Shown: positions 33,999-41,749 of the stretch, one piece after another | Layout of the letters: every line of letters starts with the position of its first letter | Numbering within the stretch: the first letter of the stretch is position 1 | NCBI GenBank assembly: GCA_030750665.1 | Contig: JASMHR010000001.1 | Span: forward strand, 1-60,920 | Length of the DNA: 60,920 nt | Source: Candidatus Poseidoniaceae archaeon | GTDB taxonomy: Archaea; Thermoplasmatota; Poseidoniia; Poseidoniales; Poseidoniaceae | Direction of reading: 5' to 3' | The notes under the pieces: generated by a model | The model's input: the letters and a program-made list of their open reading frames with translations, nothing else | Told to the model about the DNA's origin: nothing | The model's database searches: none | Translations under genes and position numbers: made by a program

Positions 33999-34430
33999 TT
34001 AGGCAGCCTTGACGCCATCAGGCCAAAGCACTAGAATCAGCGTTTGTCCCTTGGTTTTGGGAGTATGAGTGGAGCCGGGGTCCATCCAGACGATAGAACC
34101 GGGAGGATATGTTCCATCCTCATCGTATACCTCTCCTTCGAGAACGAGGTAGGTTTCACCTCCAGGGTGGCTATGTGGCATGAATGCTTCAATGTCCACA
34201 TCGGAGACCACGTCGTAGAGGACTAGACTGGTGTTACCTTCCTTGGCCAATTTACCAAGCCGTACTCCAGTACCGAAGTCTCGCCATTTGACGTTCTCTT
34301 CGATCCACTCGCGGTCAATACTCCAACTAAGCCATGCAGACAGGTCTTTGCAGAAAGGCATGCCACTCCCATGAACAGTGGGCACATGAGGTCTTTGTTC
34401 GGCCACATCCCTCAAGTAGTGGGTACTCAC
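33999..34430 (-). CDS. Cupin-domain protein (ChrR-like cupin)
   Basis: HSHPGGETYLVLEGEVYDEDGTYPPGSIVWMDPGSTHTP matches the two-motif cupin metal site pattern (HxH...E ... H). Confidence 0.7.
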   Translation of the reverse strand: MSTHYLRDVAEQRPHVPTVHGSGMPFCKDLSAWLSWSIDREWIEENVKWRDFGTGVRLGKLAKEGNTSLVLYDVVSDVDIEAFMPHSHPGGETYLVLEGEVYDEDGTYPPGSIVWMDPGSTHTPKTKGQTLILVLWPDGVKAA

Positions 34431-34440
34431 CCCCCTATGT

Positions 34441-34791
34441 ATGGAGAAGATTCGGAAGCGTCGAGACCTTCCGGTAACCTTGTATCGAGTACTTCTCTAT
34501 CTCAGCAGAAAGGCTACGGCTGAATCCGATACTCGTCGGATAATGCGTATTGAAAGGGCGGTTGGTGTCGAGCGAAAGGAATTGAAGATACATCTGGAAT
34601 CTTTAGCAATAAAGGAGTACATAGAGCCTGTAGAGTCACCTGGTAAAGGGCGTGGTGGCCATCCGATAATGCATTATGACCTGACTGAGACGGGCCGTGT
34701 TCTACGTCAGGACATCGGCCGATTCATCCAGCATGGGATCGATATGGGATATTATCCTGAAGAATATTTCTACTTACCATCTGATGCCTGA
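34441..34791 (+). CDS. Small winged-helix DNA-binding protein, hypothetical
   Basis: VTLYRVLLYLSRK..., KELKIHLESLAIKEYIEPVESPGKGRGGHPIMHYDLTETG (helix then beta-wing pattern). It is divergent from the cupin gene, with only 10 nt between the annotated starts. Confidence 0.5.
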   Translation: MEKIRKRRDLPVTLYRVLLYLSRKATAESDTRRIMRIERAVGVERKELKIHLESLAIKEYIEPVESPGKGRGGHPIMHYDLTETGRVLRQDIGRFIQHGIDMGYYPEEYFYLPSDA

Positions 34792-34860
34792 TTTAGCGGG
34801 GGATTCAACCCGGTAAAAACACCATCCGTTCTTTATGTCTGACAGCCCCATCCGGTAATC

Positions 34861-35148
34861 ATGTCCGGCAAGAAATCGGTAGACAAGGTGGCAAAGGGAT
34901 TGGGTTCCCTCATCGATGACTTCACCGCTGCTGTCAAGGAGATAGTGAATGCGGGTGAAGAGACGGTTGTTCACCTGGCTGTCGGTTCAGGTCGTGCAAT
35001 AACTGCGGTGATCAATGCTGCAGGCGAGGTGACCAAGGTAGGCGTGGAAACGGTCAGCAATGTAGCTGGCTCCGTGGCTGGTGGAGTGACCAAGGCGATT
35101 GGGCTGGATAAGAATAAGGAAGAAAATGAAGAAAATAAGGAGGAATGA
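34861..35148 (+). CDS. Hypothetical A/G/V/T-rich protein with an acidic/lysine tail (first gene of the micro-protein cassette)
   Basis: 95-aa ORF: ...LAVGSGRAITAVINAAGEVTKVGVETVSNVAGSVAGGVTKAIGLDKNKEENEENKEE. An A/T-rich box CGTTCTTTATGTC lies ~24 nt upstream of the ATG. Confidence 0.5.
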   Translation: MSGKKSVDKVAKGLGSLIDDFTAAVKEIVNAGEETVVHLAVGSGRAITAVINAAGEVTKVGVETVSNVAGSVAGGVTKAIGLDKNKEENEENKEE

Positions 35149-35151
35149 AGA

Positions 35152-35331
35152 ATGCAAGCATGGAATTGGATGAAAGGAAAGTATAATGATATCATTTGGC
35201 CTACTTTTGTGATTGGAGCAGGAGTTGGAACATTATTGTACGGAGTGAAGAAATTCACAAACGTACTAGATCGTATTTACGAGATTGATGTACACGATGA
35301 TGGTGAGATAAATATTGAGGGTGGTGAGTGA
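35152..35331 (+). CDS. 59-aa single-pass micro-membrane protein (not in the ORF track because it is under 60 aa)
   Basis: My own translation: MQAWNWMKGKYNDIIWPTFVIGAGVGTLLYGVKKFTNVLDRIYEIDVHDDGEINIEGGE. It starts 3 nt after the upstream stop, and its stop abuts the next ATG. Confidence 0.4.
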   Translation: MQAWNWMKGKYNDIIWPTFVIGAGVGTLLYGVKKFTNVLDRIYEIDVHDDGEINIEGGE

Positions 35332-35511
35332 ATGAAGATGTTGAATAGTTTCCAAGGTGGAATCAAGAAATTATCAGGTAGAATGTTGGATTGGGGTATC
35401 AGTGGAATAGCCTTTGGAGCGGGATACAAATTTGGTAATTCGATGGCGAAGAGAATAGATTCTGGAATTTCCAATGGAATTCGTTCGGCTATAATGCCAA
35501 AGGAAGAGTGA
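35332..35511 (+). CDS. 59-aa glycine-zipper micro-protein (not in the ORF track)
   Basis: My own translation: MKMLNSFQGGIKKLSGRMLDWGISGIAFGAGYKFGNSMAKRIDSGISNGIRSAIMPKEE. It has the same length as the preceding ORF, and its ATG directly follows the previous TGA. Confidence 0.4.
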   Translation: MKMLNSFQGGIKKLSGRMLDWGISGIAFGAGYKFGNSMAKRIDSGISNGIRSAIMPKEE

Positions 35512-35516
35512 GCGTG

Positions 35517-35705
35517 ATGATTGGAAAGGCGATATTTCCATTCGCTCTAGGTTTCGTGCTTGGTGGACTGATAGTATCTGTCATCGATGGCAACCGGAGG
35601 CCTCCGCCTCCAGGTCCATGGTACGGATACATCCATGATGTCGACGGGACCTTCATTGATGATTCAGAATCAAGTACTTTCATCGATGATCCAGAGCTGC
35701 AGTGA
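35517..35705 (+). CDS. 62-aa single-pass micro-membrane protein with a proline-rich segment
   Basis: MIGKAIFPFALGFVLGGLIVSVIDGNRRPPPPGPWYGYIHDVDGTFIDDSESSTFIDDPELQ. The track ORF starts at GTG 35508, overlapping the previous stop; ATG 35517 is the alternative. Confidence 0.45.
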   Translation: MIGKAIFPFALGFVLGGLIVSVIDGNRRPPPPGPWYGYIHDVDGTFIDDSESSTFIDDPELQ

Positions 35706-35739
35706 ACCCGAAAGGGTATGAGTAGGACTGCCCCTGTCG

Positions 35740-36510
35740 ATGAACATGGAACTAATGTTTCCTGACTTTCCGCCGGTCGGACCGTGGCAGGCGTATGTCT
35801 GGTACATCGCTTTCTTGCCATTTCTGTTTAGATTGATATTGGTGACCAAGCCATTGTTCGGGGTGGTCAAGGTTCTGGCACCTCACGGTGGTTGGGCGAT
35901 CAAACAATTCAGGGAATTGCCAATCAAAGGAGTGGGGTTACTTGTATTCAATGAGGTATTGGCCTTCTGCCTGCCGCCTTTGTTAGTCATCATCGTGCGA
36001 TTGATGGTCGACCCATTGGGTTGGCAGGCTTGGTCGGATGTCAACGCTACAGGCCTGGTTCTGTTATTGTCTGCATTCTTGGTCTGGGTTTATTTTGATT
36101 TATTGCGTGTTTTCAGAGTTCGCAGGATGATGCAGGCGGTACTGGAACAGGATATTGAGAAACTTCGCAAGCGTGCAGGACTTGCACTTGGTGCAAGGAC
36201 TTGGCTCAAACGTGTTGGCCGTGGAGAAGGTGAGAAGAACAAGCCTCTTGCCAAGGCCGCAATTGAGGGTGCGGTTGGTGGAAAAGCCGTCAACAAGGGT
36301 ATGTTTGGAGCGGCTGCTGGTGTAGCGGTGGAGGCGGTTCGGCGAGGAGCGACCGCACTGGTCGAAAAGGTGGACGACGTCATCGTAGAACGTTTCGAGA
36401 AAGCGGTTTTTGAATACAATCAGAATCTCATAATGATTCTATTGCGAGACATTGCAATGTCTGCTGGCCCTCTGTTGATACTGACATTGATTCCCAGTCT
36501 TGTCGGATAG
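35740..36510 (+). CDS. Hypothetical 4-TM membrane protein with an A/G/V-rich cytoplasmic segment (last gene of the cassette)
   Basis: Hydrophobic helices YVWYIAFLPFLFRLILV, GLLVFNEVLAFCLPPLLVIIV, GLVLLLSAFLVWVYFDLL and the C-terminal SAGPLLILTLIPSLVG. The soluble stretch AKAAIEGAVGGKAVNKGMFGAAAGVAVEAVRRGATALVEKV resembles the composition of the 95-aa protein. Confidence 0.6.
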   Translation: MNMELMFPDFPPVGPWQAYVWYIAFLPFLFRLILVTKPLFGVVKVLAPHGGWAIKQFRELPIKGVGLLVFNEVLAFCLPPLLVIIVRLMVDPLGWQAWSDVNATGLVLLLSAFLVWVYFDLLRVFRVRRMMQAVLEQDIEKLRKRAGLALGARTWLKRVGRGEGEKNKPLAKAAIEGAVGGKAVNKGMFGAAAGVAVEAVRRGATALVEKVDDVIVERFEKAVFEYNQNLIMILLRDIAMSAGPLLILTLIPSLVG

Positions 36511-36553
36511 GACTAGACAGGCATATTGATGAGCGGTCGGCGGGGCGGCGCAG

Positions 36554-37249
36554 ATGAGAGAGATGCCCCACCTCATCCTCATGCGCCACTGCCAATCTGC
36601 TTGGAATGCCCTCAATCTATTCACCGGATGGGTGGATGTCCCTTTATCCAAAAAGGGGATTGATGATGCTATCAAAGCAGGACAAGATATTGCGGATTTA
36701 CAGATTGATGAGATACACACCTCATTGCTGATACGCGCTCAAATGACTGCAATGATCGTCGTTGCCCAGAATTCGAGTGGCGTGGTTCCAGTGTTCAAAC
36801 ACGATTCTGAGAGTGGGGATGAGAATCAAAGAAAGATGAATGAATTGGCATACATCCATGGTGAGCCTGAAAATGTGATTCCAGTGTATATCTCATGGCG
36901 CCTCAATGAGCGTATGTATGGAGACCTTCAGGGCCAGAATAAGACTGCTATTCTAGAAGAATATGGCGCTGAACAAGTACACATCTGGCGCCGTTCATTC
37001 GACGTCACTCCTCCAAATGGAGAAAGTTTGGAATTAGTTGCAGGACGTACGATTCCTTATCTTGAGGAAACTATCTTTCCAGCACTTGAGTCTGGCAAAA
37101 ACGTATTCATTACAGCACACGGAAATTCATTGCGTAGTATCATCATGTATCTTGAGGGCTTGTCCATTGAGGAAGTGAAAGGGCTCGAAGTTCCAATCGG
37201 TGAGCCTATCATTTTTGACAAGGTGAATGGAAAATATACACGGCGGTGA
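36554..37249 (+). CDS. gpmA: 2,3-bisphosphoglycerate-dependent phosphoglycerate mutase (histidine phosphatase superfamily)
   Basis: LILMRHCQSAWNALNLFTGWVDVPLSKKGIDDA (RHG-type motif with Cys in place of Gly), ERMYGDLQG, and AHGNSLR near the C-terminus. Confidence 0.88.
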   Translation: MREMPHLILMRHCQSAWNALNLFTGWVDVPLSKKGIDDAIKAGQDIADLQIDEIHTSLLIRAQMTAMIVVAQNSSGVVPVFKHDSESGDENQRKMNELAYIHGEPENVIPVYISWRLNERMYGDLQGQNKTAILEEYGAEQVHIWRRSFDVTPPNGESLELVAGRTIPYLEETIFPALESGKNVFITAHGNSLRSIIMYLEGLSIEEVKGLEVPIGEPIIFDKVNGKYTRR

Positions 37250-37301
37250 AGGGGTGTCCGAAGGTTCCATCGTCGGACGATGGAAACAATTGCCTCCCAA
37301 G

Positions 37302-37793
37302 ATGAAATGGCCATCAGGAATTGTTGCAGGGTGGCTGATTCTGATATTGTTGATTCAGGTAGCCAATTCGATGACTGCCATTTCAAGTATGCCTGCCGAA
37401 TGTCCAGAGGACAGCATGAATTGTGTGCGCATTGCTCATGATGGAACATCATTCCACTCTGATGGCTTGGAACCGTTGGCGTTCAATGCCTCGAAGGAAG
37501 AAGTGGTTTCAGTCGTCGAGAATTGGTTTGAGGATCGTTGGTTCGCTTCAGTGCTTTCAGTCGAGGATGAAGGTACTTCGACAGTGATCCATGGTGTTGA
37601 CCACACTGAATTCTGGTTCTTCGCTGACGATGTCTTTGCTGAAGTCTCCTGCGTTGATGGTATTGCTGAATTGAATCTGCACAGTCAGTCACGTCTGGGT
37701 GTGGGAGATATGGGGGAGAACCGCCGTCGAATGACTGAGTTCATCAGCGACCTTTCTTCTGAGGAATGGTCGAACGAACCCTGCGAAGGATGA
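37302..37793 (+). CDS. DUF1499-like membrane-anchored protein
   Basis: N-terminal TM helix WPSGIVAGWLILILLIQ. Characteristic C-terminal motif HSQSRLGVGDMGENRRRMTEF (SRxGxxDxGxNRxR). The track start at 37227 overlaps gpmA; ATG 37302 is preferred. Confidence 0.65.
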   Translation: MKWPSGIVAGWLILILLIQVANSMTAISSMPAECPEDSMNCVRIAHDGTSFHSDGLEPLAFNASKEEVVSVVENWFEDRWFASVLSVEDEGTSTVIHGVDHTEFWFFADDVFAEVSCVDGIAELNLHSQSRLGVGDMGENRRRMTEFISDLSSEEWSNEPCEG

Positions 37794-37820
37794 TGAGCGA
37801 GTTCCATTCATCTTCTCTCA

Positions 37821-39845
37821 ATGGCTTCCTTCTGGCGACACGACGGCTATGCGGGTCGTTATCTTGAGGTCGACTTGTCAACAGGGGCCCTCAAAGAGAA
37901 GAACCTCGATAGAGAGACCCTTCTTTCAAAGATGGGTGGCAAGGCTCTGGCAACACATTTGCTGACCACTCTGGATAGCACTGACGACGAGGCTTACGAC
38001 TTGCGTCACCCAGTCATTGGAGATGCAGACCCAGCGATGCATCCAACCACCCCGGTTCTCATCATGACCGGTCCTTTTCAAGGCTCCAAGGTTGGCTCTT
38101 CTGGTCGAGCAGTCGTCTGTTCACGTTCCCCATTGACCAATATTTTCATAGATACTTACATCGGTGGTGATTTCGCTCATAATCTGCGATTGGCTGGCTG
38201 GGATGGGCTATTCATTCACGGACGTTCTGAGAACATGGTTCGTTTGCAGATTGAGGATCAGGATGTTTCTTTACAGGATGCAGAGAATCTTCGCGGCAAA
38301 ACAACATGGCAGACAGAGAAAGCAATTGCAGCAAATGCCGAGGTACAAGATGTATTCTCGATAGGTCCAGCAGGAGAGGCATTGGTTCGTATCTCCAGTC
38401 CGATTACCGCTGGAAGACGCGCCGCAGGACGTGGTGGGACTGGGGCTCAATTTGGAAACAAGAATCTCAAAGCGATTTCAGTACGCGCATCTGGTGAATC
38501 TAGAGTAGCGGATGAAACTCAATATCTTGGAGCGGTGAAGAAACAAAGTCAGGAGATGGGGGGGCGGCGCAAAGTCGGTGACCCATTCTATTGCTTTGGA
38601 ACCAGCAGAGCACCGCTATATGCGAGTGAGACGGGACGAATGCCGACCTTGAATTATACATCGACGACAGGTTCGATTATCCATGAGGCAAAGAAGATTG
38701 GACAACTTGACACGTTGGTCTTGTCGGGTGAGCATTGGCATGAATCCCATCCTGAGGCGAAACAGTCTGGTTGTTGCCGTCCTTGTCTAATTGCCTGTGA
38801 GGCATCAGACCGTTCAAGTGGAGTAAGGGGTAAGCCGGTGCATGTACTGAGAACTGAGCGACCTGAATATGAGACTCTGGCTATGATAGGGGCGAATCTG
38901 GGCATTGACTCCTCTCTTGATGTGATGGATGGCAACGATGCCTGCAATCGATTTGGAATGGACACAATTTCTAGTGGTGCTGCATTATCATTGATCTGTG
39001 AATTGGCGCTCAAGGGATGGTTTCCAGATGGTTGGTCAGAAGGAACTCTGCCTTCAGGAGACTCGTGGGGATTTGATGCTGAAGTTCCTTGTTTCATTGC
39101 TCCTTCAGCAAAGGGACGTTTTTCCAAAGGAGAGAAGGTTCCATGGGGATTCGGAATTCCGGAACTTCCACCTCTGGCTCTGGAGAGGCTTTCTGCTGCT
39201 ATTATTGGTGATGGTTCACTCTTCGGCACCTTGGCCTCAGGTGCTGTTGCCTGTTCAAGATGGGTGGAGAAAGAGACCGGTCATCCAGCAACTCGGTTGA
39301 CTGCTCATAGCAAAGGTCTCGACCTTCCAGCATGGGATCCCAGAGGCAAAAGAGGCAATGGAATGGCATATATGACCTGTAATGTGGGTGCAAATCACAT
39401 GCGTGCTGGGTACAAGAATCCAACGGGGATACCCGACTCATCAGCTCTTGACTTGATACCAGAATTGATACATTCACAAAATGAAAGCGTGATTCGAGAC
39501 AGCATGATTCTCTGTGCTTTCGCCAGTGGTGCAACCCCTGACGATGTTCTTGTCCAGGCTTACAATGGAATCACCGGTGATTCGGCGACCATAGAAGACT
39601 TACATTCTAGGGCTTCAGCACAATGGGATTCTGCTCGTCTTTGGAATATTCAGCATTGGGAAAGATTAGGCATTGAGGCACGGGAACAAGATATTCTTTC
39701 ATACAGACTCAGAAGAGATGCTCTTCCTGATGGGCCAGCCAAGGGAATGGTTTCTTTTGTAGACGATAGGGATGAGGCCGATTGTTTGACAGAATATTAC
39801 CGATTGCGTGGTTGGAAAGAAGATGGTAGGCCTCATTCATCGTAA
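37821..39845 (+). CDS. Aldehyde:ferredoxin oxidoreductase family (tungstopterin/4Fe-4S) enzyme
   Basis: MGGKALATHLL, SPLTNIF, GRGGTGAQFGNKNLKAISV, Cys-rich CCRPCLIAC, NRFGMDTISSG, AYMTCNVGANHMRA. The size and motif order fit the AOR family. Confidence 0.88.
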   Translation: MASFWRHDGYAGRYLEVDLSTGALKEKNLDRETLLSKMGGKALATHLLTTLDSTDDEAYDLRHPVIGDADPAMHPTTPVLIMTGPFQGSKVGSSGRAVVCSRSPLTNIFIDTYIGGDFAHNLRLAGWDGLFIHGRSENMVRLQIEDQDVSLQDAENLRGKTTWQTEKAIAANAEVQDVFSIGPAGEALVRISSPITAGRRAAGRGGTGAQFGNKNLKAISVRASGESRVADETQYLGAVKKQSQEMGGRRKVGDPFYCFGTSRAPLYASETGRMPTLNYTSTTGSIIHEAKKIGQLDTLVLSGEHWHESHPEAKQSGCCRPCLIACEASDRSSGVRGKPVHVLRTERPEYETLAMIGANLGIDSSLDVMDGNDACNRFGMDTISSGAALSLICELALKGWFPDGWSEGTLPSGDSWGFDAEVPCFIAPSAKGRFSKGEKVPWGFGIPELPPLALERLSAAIIGDGSLFGTLASGAVACSRWVEKETGHPATRLTAHSKGLDLPAWDPRGKRGNGMAYMTCNVGANHMRAGYKNPTGIPDSSALDLIPELIHSQNESVIRDSMILCAFASGATPDDVLVQAYNGITGDSATIEDLHSRASAQWDSARLWNIQHWERLGIEAREQDILSYRLRRDALPDGPAKGMVSFVDDRDEADCLTEYYRLRGWKEDGRPHSS

Positions 39846-40573
39846 GGAAGCCATTCTTCGTCCCCTTCAGGCCTGAACCACCAGTAGCCATCATCGTCCT
39901 GCCACCATTCGGTTCCATCTTCATCGATGGAATAGGAATCATCTCCCTGAGTCGCTTCTTCCTCCTCTTCTTCACGAATCATATCATCGGTTTTCATTCC
40001 AGTCTCTGCAGCGATGGCTCGCTTGACTGCAGCAAGGTCAGCATCCTCATCCTTGAACACTCTAGTCTGGGTACGAATCTCTGAATTGTGGTCCCCTGCT
40101 GCGATTGCTTCATCAGAATCAGCATAGAAGTCTTGAGCCATCTTCTGTCTGAAGTCCTCGAATTCATCACGACCGTAACTACCTGTGAATGAATCTCCTT
40201 TGGCGGATAACAGGTCGTCAAGATCAACAACCTTGCCTTTCAGTTTAGGGTCATCTGTATTATCCGAATCAAATAACTCACCATCATCTTCTTCGAGTTT
40301 TGGTAACTCACGACCTTCGGGGTCAATATCTTCAAGTTCCTCCATTAACAGGTCATGCTCTTCAGCATCGATGTTTTCATCTGAGTAGGATTCCTGAATC
40401 TCTCTGACCATTTTCTTTACCAGTCTTGACAAAGCGCGGTCATCTCCTCTGAATTCCTTGGCACCTTTTTCTATACGTTTGAGGAGTTTTTCATATGGAG
40501 AACCCCCTAAGGCTCCCATAATTTTTCCGAACCCCTTCTTTGCCACGTGGTCCCCCTCGGTCCCGATAGTCAT
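39833..40573 (-). CDS. Highly acidic hypothetical protein with a Trp-rich C-terminal motif
   Basis: 246 aa with extreme D/E content. The C-terminus reads DEDGTEWWQDDDGYWWFRPEGDEEWLPYDE. No family recognised. Confidence 0.5.
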   Translation of the reverse strand: MTIGTEGDHVAKKGFGKIMGALGGSPYEKLLKRIEKGAKEFRGDDRALSRLVKKMVREIQESYSDENIDAEEHDLLMEELEDIDPEGRELPKLEEDDGELFDSDNTDDPKLKGKVVDLDDLLSAKGDSFTGSYGRDEFEDFRQKMAQDFYADSDEAIAAGDHNSEIRTQTRVFKDEDADLAAVKRAIAAETGMKTDDMIREEEEEEATQGDDSYSIDEDGTEWWQDDDGYWWFRPEGDEEWLPYDE

Positions 40574-40625
40574 GGTCCACCACTTATGAGTATGCTCCCG
40601 TCGCGTTGTATGGGAGGGGTGAGAC

Positions 40626-41375
40626 TTGGTCGATGATTGGTTGAGTTCTGCATTGGCTGATTATAATCAGGTTTCATTCGATAAGCGAGATTCGTATTCT
40701 GCCTTGATTCAGATGCCGGGAAAACTGTTGGTGGAACTGCTTTCCTGGTGCTTCCAATCCTTGCCAGATGAGATACTAGTTGGAATGGATGTAGACCCAC
40801 AACGACAGGTTATTCCTGAAGTATCGGAATTATTTCTTGGAGCAGAATCTCGAGCTGATATGTTCGCTGGCCAAGGCTATACCATCGGTGAAGCCAAGGT
40901 GGTCAATCGTGGTAATTCAATGACTGTTCATCATCTGCCTGAGGAATGGACTGATGAGATATTCGGAGCAGATAGGGGGCCGCGAGGAGGACGCTTCACA
41001 CATTGGTTACATACTCATCCAAACTGTCCGGCGATTCCGTCTAGTGCTGATGCTGCAGCAGCACAGTGGACTGAAGGTGTGGATATGATATTGGGAGTTG
41101 AGTTTTCACCCGAATGGGGTGCACCATGGGTCGAAGGTGTTGAGGGAGAACGGAGGATGGTTGCCGGAACCAAGCGTTCTGAGCCCGAACAAGGAGGAAG
41201 TTGGTTTCGAAGGCGAATGGCGCGAGGGAATCGCCCCGTTCTAGGTAAGGCAGTGACAGGTCATTCGATTCACGGAATCGAGTTGATCGCTTTTCATCGG
41301 ACGGGAGTAGGAATCAATGTCATTTTCGTCGATGATGATGACTTGCCATATGGGTGGCCTTTCACAACGGAGTGA
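40626..41375 (+). CDS. JAMM/MPN+ (JAB) metalloprotease-domain protein, enlarged variant
   Basis: A complete HxHx7Sx2D motif, HTHPNCPAIPSSAD (aa 129-142, nt ~41010-41051). The upstream candidate Glu is in PDEILVGM. A ~100-aa C-terminal extension follows. The track start is TTG; the true start is uncertain. Confidence 0.6.
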   Translation: MVDDWLSSALADYNQVSFDKRDSYSALIQMPGKLLVELLSWCFQSLPDEILVGMDVDPQRQVIPEVSELFLGAESRADMFAGQGYTIGEAKVVNRGNSMTVHHLPEEWTDEIFGADRGPRGGRFTHWLHTHPNCPAIPSSADAAAAQWTEGVDMILGVEFSPEWGAPWVEGVEGERRMVAGTKRSEPEQGGSWFRRRMARGNRPVLGKAVTGHSIHGIELIAFHRTGVGINVIFVDDDDLPYGWPFTTE

Positions 41376-41745
41376 CATTCGGATGTTCGCCTGTTCGAGG
41401 CCATATTTCCAGTTCAGGTAGTTTCATCTTCAAGATTCCATGTTCGGCTCCGAACTTTAGCATTCGTTGGTTCGCCATGGATGAGGAACTCATCCCAATG
41501 ATGGTGGCAGGTCGCTTGAATCCATTGTTCGCCACTTCTACATTCAGCAATTGTAGAACTTCCAGACCCTTGGTGGGTGGAATGAAATGGTCAAGGAGTA
41601 GAGTGTCTGGGTCGAATCGGCTAATCTCCTCCAACCAGTTTTCGGTATTCCAGAGTTGCTTGAATTCAATCTTCGTGATATCCACCCCCCCCGAGACGAG
41701 TAGCGACTGAACATCGAATGAGTCCTCGAAAGCGAGGACCTTCAT
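41362..41745 (-). CDS. Stand-alone response-regulator receiver (CheY-like REC) domain protein
   Basis: MKVLAFEDSFD (acidic pair), DTLLLDHFIPPTKGLEVL (candidate phospho-acceptor Asp), IIGMSSS. Length is 127 aa. It starts 4 nt after the upstream peptidase stop. Confidence 0.55.
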   Translation of the reverse strand: MKVLAFEDSFDVQSLLVSGGVDITKIEFKQLWNTENWLEEISRFDPDTLLLDHFIPPTKGLEVLQLLNVEVANNGFKRPATIIGMSSSSMANQRMLKFGAEHGILKMKLPELEIWPRTGEHPNVTPL

Positions 41746-41749
41746 GGCT

